Below are positions 9,304 through 19,424 of a stretch of 64,000 nt of DNA, piece after piece. The notes below the pieces were generated by a model, which saw only the letters and a list, made by a program, of their open reading frames with translations, was not told where the DNA came from and did no database searches. The translations under genes and the position numbers were made by a program. The DNA comes from a virus: the IMG/VR virus record IMGVR_UViG_3300019487_000025; one strand, 5' to 3'. Position 1 is the first letter of the stretch. Each line of letters starts with the position of its first letter.

Positions 9304-9696
9304 ATGAAGGGGCAGTTACAGGAAATTAAGAAAGAAGTAACTTTAAAGGATAAGCTACATCTTATGGCAGAAACACTCAGAAATTGTAACTTGAATCAAG
9401 GAGTATATGATTTCTGCACGAAAAATAAAGATGGTAAGGAATCTTTTTGTGTTTATGGAGCACTTGGATTTATGGCAGGAATTCCAAAAGACGATTTACA
9501 ATTCAATCCTTATATTCCAATTCTTAGAAAATATGGAATAACAGAAGACAAAGAATCAGAAATGCTTGTGGAAGTACCACAATTTCATCAATACGCAGAA
9601 AGACAGATGCCTTTGTGTAATGCACTTTGGTATATGAACGATCATGGAACATCCTTTAATAAAGTAGCAGATTGGTTGGACAACATTAAGGTTTAA
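9304..9696 (+). CDS. Conserved hypothetical protein (C..GA...MND.GTSF..vADwL family)
   Basis: FCVYGALG and YMNDHGTSFNKVADWL motifs; own TATA element. Confidence 0.6.
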   Translation: MKGQLQEIKKEVTLKDKLHLMAETLRNCNLNQGVYDFCTKNKDGKESFCVYGALGFMAGIPKDDLQFNPYIPILRKYGITEDKESEMLVEVPQFHQYAERQMPLCNALWYMNDHGTSFNKVADWLDNIKV

Positions 9697-9750
9697 AACC
9701 TTCCCACTTTTTTCTAATCATTTATATTACCTAAATAACAAGGATTTCCC

Positions 9751-9993
9751 ATGGCAAAAGCAGTAAGCCTAATAGGAATATTAATATTAATAGGCGGAAT
9801 ATGTGGCATATTGTTTGTTACCATCCCATCAATATATGCAATAGGTAATGGTGTCGAGAGTGTAGTAGAAGGAGATTCAAGTGGAATAAGTGGAGCTATA
9901 GTTGGTGGAATTTTATTGTATTTCACTACAGTCGTCTTTATCTTTCTTATTCTTATTGGATTAGTGATAACAATACTTGGCATAACTGAATAG
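9751..9993 (+). CDS. Two-TM membrane protein
   Basis: Two hydrophobic segments. Confidence 0.6.
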   Translation: MAKAVSLIGILILIGGICGILFVTIPSIYAIGNGVESVVEGDSSGISGAIVGGILLYFTTVVFIFLILIGLVITILGITE

Positions 9994-10023
9994 TTAATAT
10001 TACCCATAAAATAAGGGTATGCC

Positions 10024-10134
10024 ATGACGAGATCAAGAGCAGATAGACTTGGAATAGGTATTACACTATTCATCCTCGCGGGTGCATTGGGTGTTACCTA
10101 TGCCAAAATAGTAGGAATTCCAATAGGTTTCTAA
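10024..10134 (+). CDS. 36-aa single-TM microprotein
   Basis: Manual translation MTRSRADRLGIGITLFILAGALGVTYAKIVGIPIGF. Confidence 0.45.
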   Translation: MTRSRADRLGIGITLFILAGALGVTYAKIVGIPIGF

Positions 10135-10165
10135 GTTTATATTAGGAACCATCCTTTTTTCTATA

Positions 10166-10324
10166 ATGGGAAACTGTGAAATCTGCAGAAAAATGGTTGA
10201 TAAACGAATAAAACTTCCAACAAATACAGGGGACTTGGTTTGTTATGATTGCTTTTATTGGTGGCAAGAAGACATCCCATGTAAAGAATTAAAGAAAAGA
10301 TTCAAAGAGCACTATAAAGAATAA
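10166..10324 (+). CDS. 52-aa zinc-finger microprotein
   Basis: CEIC...CYDC; TTTATATT about 22 nt upstream. Confidence 0.55.
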   Translation: MGNCEICRKMVDKRIKLPTNTGDLVCYDCFYWWQEDIPCKELKKRFKEHYKE

Positions 10325-10363
10325 AATATGTTTTTAAGTTGAATTATCCTATTCACTATATAT

Positions 10364-11299
10364 ATGGCTACAAAGACATTTACATGTGACGTTTTGCTAG
10401 AAAGCACAGTTACAAAAACATGGCAACTTAGAGAATGGGATGTTAACGCTTCATTTAGTCCAGATATTACATTTCAACAGGAAGTTACATCTCCCAGCAG
10501 ATTGCAAATAATCAGTGGTACTTCTTCTATAGCTAGTGGTCTAGTGTTTAAAGTATTTCCAAAATCTGAAATAACTGGAAGTGACATAACAGTAATTTGG
10601 GAAGAAACTCCTTCTGGTATAGATACAAGTTGTCGTATAGAAGTAAGAGACGGTGCTTACGACGCAACATCATTAACCGACATGCCGAATAATAGTGGGG
10701 CATTTGCTGTAAAGGGAGCAGGTTCAATAGGACTTTTACAAGTTCTTAATCCAAATCCTGAACAAACCGATACTCTTTCAGCATCAAGTATAGATTATGC
10801 AAGTTCTACAGAACAATTCATAACAGTTTTTGTTTATCTTGCAGATACCAATCTTGGGATTACAGCAAATCTCTTTATTAGAGAAATAGCCGTATCTAAT
10901 ATTGCTACATTTGACTTTACGCCCGCAACCGTTTCAATGTACTTAACTGGAACAGTTAATGATTATGGTTATGTAAACGCAGACACAGTAACGTTAACAT
11001 CAGCAACAGTAACAGATAAAGACTTTATAATAGATGCAAGATTGATAATGGAAGATTTTGGTGATTTCAGGGATATTGGAGATTTAATTATAAGAGTATT
11101 GATAGAAAATCCAGAGGGGTTGAGTGGTAGACAAGTAGTTGATGAAATACGAGTTATAACGGAAATGGAACCAGAATGGGGATTTTTGGGTAAGACTCAC
11201 AGAGTAAAAGGATGGATTAATTTTCTATTTAAGAATGGAACTATCCAGAATGATGGAAGCGACCCAGATTGGTGGCAATCAGTCTGGACTCTTGTGTAG
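10364..11299 (+). CDS. Putative virion accessory beta-sandwich protein carrying F-T-x-D-A-like strands
   Basis: N-terminal TKTFTCDVLL and internal KDFIIDARL match the repeat of 32408..37216. Confidence 0.6.
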   Translation: MATKTFTCDVLLESTVTKTWQLREWDVNASFSPDITFQQEVTSPSRLQIISGTSSIASGLVFKVFPKSEITGSDITVIWEETPSGIDTSCRIEVRDGAYDATSLTDMPNNSGAFAVKGAGSIGLLQVLNPNPEQTDTLSASSIDYASSTEQFITVFVYLADTNLGITANLFIREIAVSNIATFDFTPATVSMYLTGTVNDYGYVNADTVTLTSATVTDKDFIIDARLIMEDFGDFRDIGDLIIRVLIENPEGLSGRQVVDEIRVITEMEPEWGFLGKTHRVKGWINFLFKNGTIQNDGSDPDWWQSVWTLV

Positions 11300-11307
11300 C
11301 AAACTGA

Positions 11308-11347
11308 ACAAACAAGCATTTATATACCCCTTAGTATATAGATAAAG
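11308..11347 (+). promoter_or_regulatory. 40-bp repeated promoter/operator, copy A
   Basis: acaaacaagcatttatataccccttagtatatagataaag, identical to 14867..14906; contains TATATAC-N6-GTATATA inverted repeat. Confidence 0.85.
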
Positions 11348-11348
11348 C

Positions 11349-11666
11349 ATGAATCAAATCATAGAAACAATGGTCGAACAAGTCAACCGAAAACCTGAGA
11401 GCGAACCTTTGAAGTTGTTTACAGCATTAAACGCTTCTCAAATAGTTTATTCTGATGAGGATAAATTTATTCAATTCAAAATCAGGGGTGATAGAGATGT
11501 TAACAAAGTCAAAGTAATCTATGATGAAGGTCAGGATTTATACAATGTTGAGTTTTGGGATATTAGAGTAGGAAGTAAAATGGTTATGGATAAGAAAGAT
11601 GAAATGAAAGGATTATTCAATGATCAAGTAACAGATGCAATTTGGAGAAGGTGTGTTATTATATGA
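11349..11666 (+). CDS. Conserved viral hypothetical protein
   Basis: V.V.YDeg.DLY.veF...glf.dQ pattern common in small phage proteins; leaderless start. Confidence 0.7.
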   Translation: MNQIIETMVEQVNRKPESEPLKLFTALNASQIVYSDEDKFIQFKIRGDRDVNKVKVIYDEGQDLYNVEFWDIRVGSKMVMDKKDEMKGLFNDQVTDAIWRRCVII

Positions 11667-11736
11667 AACGAAGTGTAAAGGTTATTGATGGAAATAAGAT
11701 TTTCCTTAATGCCGTAAAAAAGGACTTGAGAAAATA

Positions 11737-11910
11737 ATGGTAGAAGAAAATGAGGTGTTTGAATTCTTAGACGATCTTAGAGATTCTGGTGTAACTAACA
11801 TGTTTGGAGCAAGCCCATATATAGTAGATATGTTTGAAGTTGAACCAAAAGAAGCAAGAGAATTATTGACAAAATGGATGGAAACCTTTTCGGAGAGACA
11901 TCCACAATGA
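11737..11910 (+). CDS. 57-aa conserved viral protein (LDDLRDSGVTNMFGASPY family)
   Basis: Manual translation MVEENEVFEFLDDLRDSGVTNMFGASPYIVDMFEVEPKEARELLTKWMETFSERHPQ. Confidence 0.7.
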   Translation: MVEENEVFEFLDDLRDSGVTNMFGASPYIVDMFEVEPKEARELLTKWMETFSERHPQ

Positions 11911-12095
11911 ATCTGAATGAATACGCCAAAATGGTAAAGTATCATCACGAAGTCCTCAACAAAAAATGTGAAGACCATATATCTGATTGCATATGTTTGG
12001 ATTGTATGACACGTGTCAATAGTGCTTCAATGATACGAGAACATAGAAGTAAATTTATTGGGTTTGCTTGTAAGTGTAAGGAGTGTTTAAAATGA
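11907..12095 (+). CDS. Cys-rich hypothetical protein
   Basis: ATGA overlap at 11907; CxCxxC twice. Confidence 0.55.
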   Translation: MNLNEYAKMVKYHHEVLNKKCEDHISDCICLDCMTRVNSASMIREHRSKFIGFACKCKECLK

Positions 12096-12096
12096 A

Positions 12097-12136
12097 AAAA
12101 CAAGCATTTATATATCCCATAGTATATGAACAAACT
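12097..12136 (+). promoter_or_regulatory. Repeated promoter/operator, variant copy
   Basis: aaaacaagcatttatatatcccatagtatatgaacaaact; ATG at 12137 at conserved spacing. Confidence 0.75.
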
Positions 12137-12289
12137 ATGAAACAAAATCCATATGATCCAGAATCATATCCAATGTATATAACAATAGCAACACAATCTG
12201 ATTTAACACAAAAGAGTAGAGTTAAGGTATACAGTTTAGAAGACATCAAAACATACCAAAAAGCAAGATATGAGGTGTCTTACGATTGA
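12137..12289 (+). CDS. Small hypothetical protein (start corrected from 12083)
   Basis: The first codons of the track ORF are the promoter repeat. Confidence 0.55.
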   Translation: MKQNPYDPESYPMYITIATQSDLTQKSRVKVYSLEDIKTYQKARYEVSYD

Positions 12290-12474
12290 TGAAAAGACTA
12301 AAACCATCAGTAATTGAACAACTGAAAACTATATCAAAAATATTGGACGACTTGGAATATTATGAATATGACGTTTGTGGTAATGATTACACAGATGCAA
12401 TAACATATTCTAAATTACGCGATCAAGTCGAAGCACAAATCAAAGAAATAGAATTTAGGAGTAAATCCAAATGA
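12286..12474 (+). CDS. Hypothetical protein
   Basis: ORF track; coupled. Confidence 0.55.
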   Translation: MMKRLKPSVIEQLKTISKILDDLEYYEYDVCGNDYTDAITYSKLRDQVEAQIKEIEFRSKSK

Positions 12475-12620
12475 CTAATGAATTTGGTGAAGTTACATGC
12501 GAATGTTGTGGTCAATTATTTCCAGAAGACATGATTCAGAGTGAAGATGAAAACGTGTGCGAAGAATGTTACATTCAAAGAGGAATAGACAGAGCGGAGA
12601 GTAAATACGATCTTGATTAG
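12471..12620 (+). CDS. 49-aa zinc-finger microprotein
   Basis: Manual translation with CECCG...CEECYIQRGIDRAES. Confidence 0.55.
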   Translation: MTNEFGEVTCECCGQLFPEDMIQSEDENVCEECYIQRGIDRAESKYDLD

Positions 12621-12771
12621 CAAATGTGAATACTGTGAAAAGATAGATGAATGCACAGAAGATTGTGAATGTTCAGAATGTTGTGAAAACCATGATCAAC
12701 CTTGTATGTGTGATGGTTGTGTTGAAAGTCGTATTGACTTTGCAGAATCAATGAGGGATGCGTATGACTAA
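12613..12771 (+). CDS. 52-aa protein with 10 Cys (metallothionein-like composition)
   Basis: TTG start; SKCEYCEKIDECTEDCECSECCENHDQPCMCDGCVESRIDFAES. Confidence 0.5.
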   Translation: MISKCEYCEKIDECTEDCECSECCENHDQPCMCDGCVESRIDFAESMRDAYD

Positions 12772-13162
12772 TAAGAACGACATGATTACAGACATCACAT
12801 ATATATTAAGAAAACGTGATATATCTGAGAAAGTGGTTAAAGATATATGGAACAAATTGATGGATGAATTTTTATGATTAGTCAATACCATTTTAGATTA
12901 TTGCATACTGATTTCGAGTGTAAAGTACCACTTAAGAAAAAGGGGATAAATAAAAATGACTAGTATGAGAATAACAGTGGGAGAAACTAACCACTTTTAT
13001 GTAAAAGACGAAAACATCGAGAAGTGTTTAGAGTTTATATCAAGCCATGCATACAAAAGGGAGTTTGAAGAAATATGATTCATAACCCAGAAACCTGTAC
13101 AGATTGTAAAAAGAAAGAACAATCAGTTAATGCTTATTGGAAGAACATAGATACAAGAGCAT

Positions 13163-13348
13163 TTGATAGAAGGGAGTTTAAAAGAATTGTTCTGTAAATG
13201 TGGTGCTGTTACAATAGTAGTAGTGTTAGTTAGAAGATGTGGTAAGACTTATCAAGATCCCAAAACATGTGACGGTGTATTTCATGGAGGAAGAGGCTGT
13301 AGGGTTCTAACAAGAACAATAAAGGTGAATCAACATGCACGAGAATAA
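13163..13348 (+). CDS. Cys-rich hypothetical protein
   Basis: ORF track. Confidence 0.4.
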   Translation: MIEGSLKELFCKCGAVTIVVVLVRRCGKTYQDPKTCDGVFHGGRGCRVLTRTIKVNQHARE

Positions 13349-13662
13349 GAAAAAAGAGACCAAAAAGCTTCAAGGCGAATTGAACAAATATATACAGGGT
13401 AAGTCTTCGTTTAGTTACTTTATACGTCAATGTATGCAAATAGAAGAGTTTTATAGAGATGACTGAACGTTATCAAAACTATTGTACTAAGTGCAAAAAA
13501 TATCAAGACTATGATTGTGATTTGTATAGAAGAGAAGGTGAAGATACACATATGATTTTAGATTGTGTCATAAACACGAAAAGGAATTGTGGGAGTTTAT
13601 AGGCGAAGAAGCAGAACTTCCGTGGGAAGACGAGTAAACAATTATATAACGTATAGAACAAG

Positions 13663-13953
13663 GTGAACGTAATGCAAAAGAGAACAATATTATTAAGTGT
13701 ATTGATTATAGTATCACTAGCACTACTAGTATCAACAGTCACAAAAGCAACTTTTAATAATGAATCAAGTGGAAATCATTATACCGTTAATTTGGAAGAA
13801 TCTTTATCAATGTCTGATTCACTAGAAGTCCACAAACCACATCCATTAGTGGGTACACTGGTTTATAGTGCAGATGGTTCAATATGTTGGAAGATTGAGG
13901 AAAAACAGGGAGCACTTTATTATAAAATACAAAGTGATTGTCAAAATGCCTAA
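13663..13953 (+). CDS. Membrane-anchored or secreted small protein
   Basis: N-terminal hydrophobic segment. Confidence 0.55.
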   Translation: MNVMQKRTILLSVLIIVSLALLVSTVTKATFNNESSGNHYTVNLEESLSMSDSLEVHKPHPLVGTLVYSADGSICWKIEEKQGALYYKIQSDCQNA

Positions 13954-14131
13954 ATTTAATGGAAGAGATTACCTATTAAGGAAATTAAATGAATGGGAAA
14001 TTAACTCAGTGAGAGCAGGTGGATTAGAATATCTTGTTGCAACAAACCTGATTATAATAGAAGAGCTTCAAAAACTTAACGGTTTGTTAAGAAAACCAAA
14101 AGAACCAAAATCAATGTTGGATGTATCATGA
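13946..14131 (+). CDS. Hypothetical protein
   Basis: In frame with track ORF 13868; ATG overlaps previous gene end; ATGA-coupled to PCNA. Confidence 0.55.
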   Translation: MPKFNGRDYLLRKLNEWEINSVRAGGLEYLVATNLIIIEELQKLNGLLRKPKEPKSMLDVS

Positions 14132-14862
14132 AATTTAGTGCAACCATAAGAACAACAAAAGAGTTCAAAACAGCAATTTCATCAATTCAAGGACTTATAG
14201 AAGAAGCCACATTTTATGTCAACAAAGACGGAATAAAGTTTAGAGGGTTGGAACCATCCCATGTGAGATATTTAGAAGTAACATTCCCTGCCGATAGATT
14301 TCTTAGTTTTAATATTGAAGATGAATTGAAATTCACTATAAAGCCAAACGATTTTCTGGAAGTAGTAAAGCGAGCAAAAGACGGAGATCAAATAACGATA
14401 GAGGTGGAAAAGGAAAATGCTCCTTTGAACGTTCATATTGAAGGTAGAAAACATTTTACACTTGGTTTGATTTCTATTGAACACGATGCACCAGTTCCAC
14501 ACTTCAAGTTTCCATCAAAAACTGTTATGCCATATTCCAATTTTAGTGACTATGTAAAAGATATTGCTGTTGTTGGATCTAATTTTGTGGTGGAAATAGA
14601 AGAAGGTAAAATGAAGATATCGGGTAAAGGAGATCGCGGAAAAGTGGAAGTTGATGCTGAAGGAAGTATGGTTCAAATACAAGAAGGAAAGATTAAAAGT
14701 GAATTCGCAATAGATTTTCTTGTGGAAGCTATAAAGACGTTTGGAACAGCATTTGAAAGTATTACAGTAGAAACTGGTAATAATATGCCACTTAGTCTTA
14801 CTTTAGATAGTCCTGCTATGGGAACTATTCAATATGTTCAAGCTCATAAACAGTTGTCATAA
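14128..14862 (+). CDS. pcn: PCNA DNA polymerase sliding clamp
   Basis: 244 aa; FKTAISSIQGLIEEATFYVNKDGIKFRGLEPSHVRYLE and GNNMPLSLTL...GTIQYVQA match archaeal PCNA. Confidence 0.9.
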   Translation: MKFSATIRTTKEFKTAISSIQGLIEEATFYVNKDGIKFRGLEPSHVRYLEVTFPADRFLSFNIEDELKFTIKPNDFLEVVKRAKDGDQITIEVEKENAPLNVHIEGRKHFTLGLISIEHDAPVPHFKFPSKTVMPYSNFSDYVKDIAVVGSNFVVEIEEGKMKISGKGDRGKVEVDAEGSMVQIQEGKIKSEFAIDFLVEAIKTFGTAFESITVETGNNMPLSLTLDSPAMGTIQYVQAHKQLS

Positions 14863-14866
14863 AATT

Positions 14867-14906
14867 ACAAACAAGCATTTATATACCCCTTAGTATATAG
14901 ATAAAG
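14867..14906 (+). promoter_or_regulatory. 40-bp repeated promoter/operator, copy B
   Basis: Identical to 11308..11347; ATG at 14908. Confidence 0.85.
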
Positions 14907-14907
14907 T

Positions 14908-15225
14908 ATGAATCGAAAAGAAATACATCTCTTCAGAGGAGAAGGAATTGAAGAGGGCGACGAATTTGTTGCTCATATTGATTCCGTAGAAGGTCATAGA
15001 CGAGTGACTTTAATAAGAAAGGAAACCCCCTATGTACTTGGTGCGGTGAAGAGTTTAATGAGGAACCGCATTATGATTGTGAAGCGGAAAAAAAAACAAG
15101 TACAAGCCCAAGAAGCAAGAGGAGATATGGAAATGATGCAAGAACCAGATTATTATGATGAACGTTCTGCTGATTTAGAAATGCAAGCAGATCTTACATA
15201 TGATGGAGATCCTGAACTTGACTAA
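14908..15225 (+). CDS. Hypothetical protein with acidic tail
   Basis: Leaderless start after repeat promoter. Confidence 0.65.
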   Translation: MNRKEIHLFRGEGIEEGDEFVAHIDSVEGHRRVTLIRKETPYVLGAVKSLMRNRIMIVKRKKKQVQAQEARGDMEMMQEPDYYDERSADLEMQADLTYDGDPELD

Positions 15226-15511
15226 GGATTTAACAATTCAAATATTAAGAGACGCAGTTAAGAACAAAACATACATAGAACAAGAATTTAGAGATATGAA
15301 ATTCTATGGATTTAACGATGAAGATGCGGAGATAGAAAACATTAAAACTCCAACAAAGGGAGTCATAATTGATATGAATACAGCAAATGTATTAGTAAAT
15401 GTATATGATGCAATGAAAGATGAAACCAACAAACATAAGTTTGAAAATATGCTAAGAAGTTGGTTTGACTTTGAAAAACTTGTTACCTTCGCGTGGAGGT
15501 ATGTTAAATGA
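15200..15511 (+). CDS. Conserved viral hypothetical protein
   Basis: IDMNTANVLVNVYDAM...KFE.ML...KLVTFAW motif recalled from phage proteins. Confidence 0.65.
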   Translation: MMEILNLTKDLTIQILRDAVKNKTYIEQEFRDMKFYGFNDEDAEIENIKTPTKGVIIDMNTANVLVNVYDAMKDETNKHKFENMLRSWFDFEKLVTFAWRYVK

Positions 15512-15831
15512 ATTACGAAGAAATAGTAAAGAAAAAATTATTCGAATTATGGAAAAAAGAAGCAATTCGCATTGAGAAAATTAATCAGGGTTGGGAACGC
15601 AGAAAAGTAAGTCTAGGTCAAGGCGTTATTAAGATTCAAGGAATACTTCCAGTTTATGATATGATTAAGGCTATCGAGGACTTTGGAATTCCAAGTGAGA
15701 AACTAAAGGAATACAATTTGAATTATGATCAAATAAATGAGATATATGATGCAATTAAAGCATATAGAATATCTGTAAAGTTTTTGAAGGATTTGAAAAC
15801 GAAATTTGATTTATTCAAGAGGTATGACTAA
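15508..15831 (+). CDS. Hypothetical protein
   Basis: ATGA-coupled ORF. Confidence 0.6.
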   Translation: MNYEEIVKKKLFELWKKEAIRIEKINQGWERRKVSLGQGVIKIQGILPVYDMIKAIEDFGIPSEKLKEYNLNYDQINEIYDAIKAYRISVKFLKDLKTKFDLFKRYD

Positions 15832-18030
15832 TGGACACACCAACATTCTTAAATCACAAGGCACGAGTATTGAACGAAATATTACAAAGTGCAAGATCAT
15901 TAAACGATAATGGATTTTTGAACGCGGAAGGTCATCTTAGGGAAGCATTAGGATTGATGAAATCATTACAAAAGGAAATGAAAAAAGATGAAAAAACATC
16001 CATTTAGAACTAATTGGTGGAGTCATACATGTTCGGACGGAACAATTATATGGAAACGTAAACAGTATCTACATTGTGATAAATGTGGGTATATTAACGG
16101 AAGAACACATATTGCGAGGAAAACAATATGACTACAACAGACGAAGAAGTGGATAAATTGGTAGAGGACTTAAAAAAGACTGGATTTAATGTTGTTGCTT
16201 ATGGAAAAGCTAAAGACTTGTTAAAATTAATGGAAGAAGGAGAATTTTCCGAGAAGACAAAGGAGGAAAGTAAATGACTGAAAAAGACATTCCAAATTTG
16301 TTAAGAGAAATTTATAGATTGAGTCATCTTTATGAAAATGATAAAAGAAGTCCTACTAAATTACGTGATAGATTAGATGCTATTAACAGTTTAATAATGA
16401 CATTGTGGATTGCAGTAGTAAAAAAACAAAGTTGGGGTGCAGTTTCTGAAAGTGAAATTTTAGGAGAAAACTAAATGACAGATTATCAAACATGTCCAAC
16501 ATGTAAAAAATATTTTAGTCTCGAACAAGCTGATTTATGTCATTTCTGTCCATATTGTGGTGAAGATCTTTGGTATCAACTAGAAGAAATAATGAAGGAG
16601 ATAAATAAATAATGGCATGTTGGCATAGATTTAAGAAAAGACAAAAAGGTTTATGTTTAAGATGTAGGGTTCTTGATAATAAATATGTGTTTTATGCTTC
16701 TATAGTATATTGCGTTATTTTATATTTTACAGGAATACATCATTTATATTGGAAGATTTATGATTTGAGACATAAGGAGAAGAAACAATAATGCATGGTC
16801 AAAAAATAATTAATGTAATATGTCATGTTTGTGGCGAAAAAATGCCTGATTTAGTTGATGATCACTGTTGGGGTATTTCAGAATGTTTATGTGGTAATTG
16901 GTACGATGTACAAGGTGCAAGAACAAAGGGTGGAGGTAAACTAGTTGGATAAGACAATAATGAGATTGTGGTATTGTAAAGCCGATAAAAAAACAGGCAA
17001 ACCGATTATAGTACAGGATCTAGAAAAAGGAATAATTTATAATACAAACAAAATAGATATGAAGAACGTTAATATTAGGATGTCTTTTAACAACGCCATG
17101 GGCAAAGCCAAATACAGTGGAGCTACCACAATTCTAGAGGTTTATAAAAATGACTAAAATACCAACAAAGAAACTTAATGAAGAATCGGAATTCGAACAT
17201 GTTGCAAACATTTACGGTCAATATATGGAAGCATTAAAGAAATTTCCAAATAAGTCACAGGAAGAACAACAGGAGTTTCTTGTGGGGTTTGGTAAAGACA
17301 TGAATACTCTTCTACTGGTTCTTTATGAGTGGATTCACAGGAATGACGGAAAAGAAGGAAATTAAGGTAAAAGGTATTATATCTGGATATACGAGTCTAC
17401 AAGAAGAAAACGTTGTTACACTTAAAGTAAAAACTGATGGATTATCAAAAGAAGACTTAAGTATGTTGAAAGAGTTATATCAATTTGGGAAAGGAGGTTT
17501 GAAACCAAAAGCTATACTTAGAATAATATTTGATGGTACAACATATGAATTATTAGGTGCTTATAAAAATGCTTACTGATCTTAATGCTAAATTTATGAA
17601 TATGATAGAGGAAATTATTAGGGAAAAATACCAGCATGCTGAAGCAGAGTTAGAAAAAGCCAAACATCATAAGGAACTGCTGGAATTACCACCAAAAAAG
17701 GAAAATTGGAGTGCACAGGAAAACGCAGAAGAAAAAATGATGGAACACATAAAAAAAACTCTACAGATAATGGCAGAAGTTGACATATTAATGGATGGGT
17801 TACTTGTATTTCAAGATGGTTTAACATATAGGCGATTAAGAGAAAAGGGTACAATACGAAAAAGTGTAAGGTGAAACAAAGTGGGATTTGCTGAAGACAA
17901 AAGATGGGATAAATACAAAGACGATCCACATAGACCCGGAATTTTACCACCAGATAAAAAAGTAAAAATATATTTAGGATTATCTACAATAGGCATGGCA
18001 TTATTTTTAGCTTTATTGTGGTTATCACCA
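15831..18030 (+). other. Run of short coupled + strand ORFs (incl. 16274..16474, 16945..17157, 17150..17365, 17325..17579, 17557..17874 and several <60 aa CxxC peptides)
   Basis: Overlapping stop/start junctions; no recognisable families. Confidence 0.5.
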
Positions 18031-18062
18031 TAGGATACCTTTATATTATTCTATATAGTTAA

Positions 18063-18335
18063 TTGTATATCATAATGGCTGGGGATACATGTGGTAAATG
18101 TCATTCGGAAACTATACTTAACATTATCGTAGGATTTACTATTTCATATTTGGTTAATTTTTTAGTTGTTCCGCATTTTGCAGAAGGCATAAAAAACTAT
18201 GATTTTTTAGCTAGTTTTGCAGTAACAGTAATTTTTACTATCGCTTCTTATATTAGAGGATTTTCAATAAGAAGATTATTTGCTAAGTTAGGAAATAATT
18301 ATACGTTATTATCGTTTTTTAGATCCAAGCTATAA
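18063..18335 (+). CDS. Conserved viral two-TM membrane protein
   Basis: SETILNIIVGF...P.F...FTIASYIRGFSIRRLF pattern recalled from phage proteins. Confidence 0.6.
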   Translation: MYIIMAGDTCGKCHSETILNIIVGFTISYLVNFLVVPHFAEGIKNYDFLASFAVTVIFTIASYIRGFSIRRLFAKLGNNYTLLSFFRSKL

Positions 18336-18367
18336 GATTATATAACCCACAAATACAACTAAACTTC

Positions 18368-18682
18368 ATGAACAGGAAGATAGCTATATTACCACTAATC
18401 GCTATGGTATTCACCGTAGGATTAATTAGTTCGGTAAGTGCTTCAAATTGGGAAGTAGAAAAAACATTCGCTGGAGATGGTTCTGGCGAAGGTAACGTTT
18501 CAGAAAACCCGGCAATAGCAGAAAGAAGTGTATTAAGACCTCATTCATATGGTAACTTACAAGATCCACCTCAAACAGTGTGTGGAGATCACATCTGCAA
18601 ACCGGGCGAAAATGCACCAGTTTTGTCTAAATTTAAGACATATGGTGGATACACTGAACGAAAACACATAGATACACCATAA
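18368..18682 (+). CDS. Secreted protein with thaumarchaeal VCGDHIC motif
   Basis: Signal peptide; TVCGDHICKPGE resembles the VCGD.LC motif recalled from Nitrosopumilaceae secreted proteins. Confidence 0.6.
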   Translation: MNRKIAILPLIAMVFTVGLISSVSASNWEVEKTFAGDGSGEGNVSENPAIAERSVLRPHSYGNLQDPPQTVCGDHICKPGENAPVLSKFKTYGGYTERKHIDTP

Positions 18683-18857
18683 GGAAGTAATTCCTTTTTT
18701 ATTTTTTTATATTAATTTATATTACGCTTAGGTGTTTATTTCTCTGTGATTAAGAAAGCAGATTTGTTTGAAAACAGTATTGGAGGAGTATTAAAAGTTG
18801 GGTTTTACTATGAATTGAAACGAGTATTAGATGAGTTAGTTGATAAGGTAAACGATC

Positions 18858-19424
18858 TTGATAGAAGGGTGGGTAGCGATGAATTATCTTGAATATGAGC
18901 ACATAATAGAACAATTTGATGTTTATCCATATGACACTCACAAAACACTGTATTATATTACTGGAGTAAATGGAGAATATGATGAATTATTAGAAAAGAT
19001 ATATGAATCTAGGATTAACAACGAAATTAATAGAGAAGAGTTAATGAAGGAAGGAGGTGATGTTTGTTGGTATCTTACAAGATTGGCTAACTCATTTAAT
19101 ATTTCCATTGCAAAATTAATACCAAGTCAAATACCAAAACCCAATTCATTTGAAGAATTAATGAAAATGATTCATCACGCAAGAGGAAAACTAACTGAAA
19201 CAATAAAGAAACTGTACAGAGATAACAGAGGAAAAGCAGATTATCAGGTTATGATAAATATAGATGTTTATCTATGTAAAGCTTTTGCTGTATTAAAATT
19301 ACTTGGAGAGAACTATCAAATAAGCCTAATTGATATGATGGAATCAAACGTAAAAAAACTAACACTTAGAAAAGAGAAAAATCTATTACATGGTAGTGGA
19401 GATAGTAGGGAGGTAACACTTTAA
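18858..19424 (+). CDS. mazG: MazG-like nucleotide pyrophosphohydrolase with duplicated helical unit
   Basis: GEYDELLEK...KEGGDVCWYL; C-terminal NVKKLTLRKEKNLLHGSGDSR typical of viral MazG-like proteins. Confidence 0.8.
   Translation: MIEGWVAMNYLEYEHIIEQFDVYPYDTHKTLYYITGVNGEYDELLEKIYESRINNEINREELMKEGGDVCWYLTRLANSFNISIAKLIPSQIPKPNSFEELMKMIHHARGKLTETIKKLYRDNRGKADYQVMINIDVYLCKAFAVLKLLGENYQISLIDMMESNVKKLTLRKEKNLLHGSGDSREVTL

Noticed and set aside
12083-12136. Track ORF start at 12083
   Set aside because: These codons are a copy of the repeated promoter; the start at 12137 fits the conserved spacing
18300-18335. PIP-box-like NYTLLSFF at the end of a membrane protein
   Set aside because: Lacks the conserved Gln and lies in a membrane protein; likely chance
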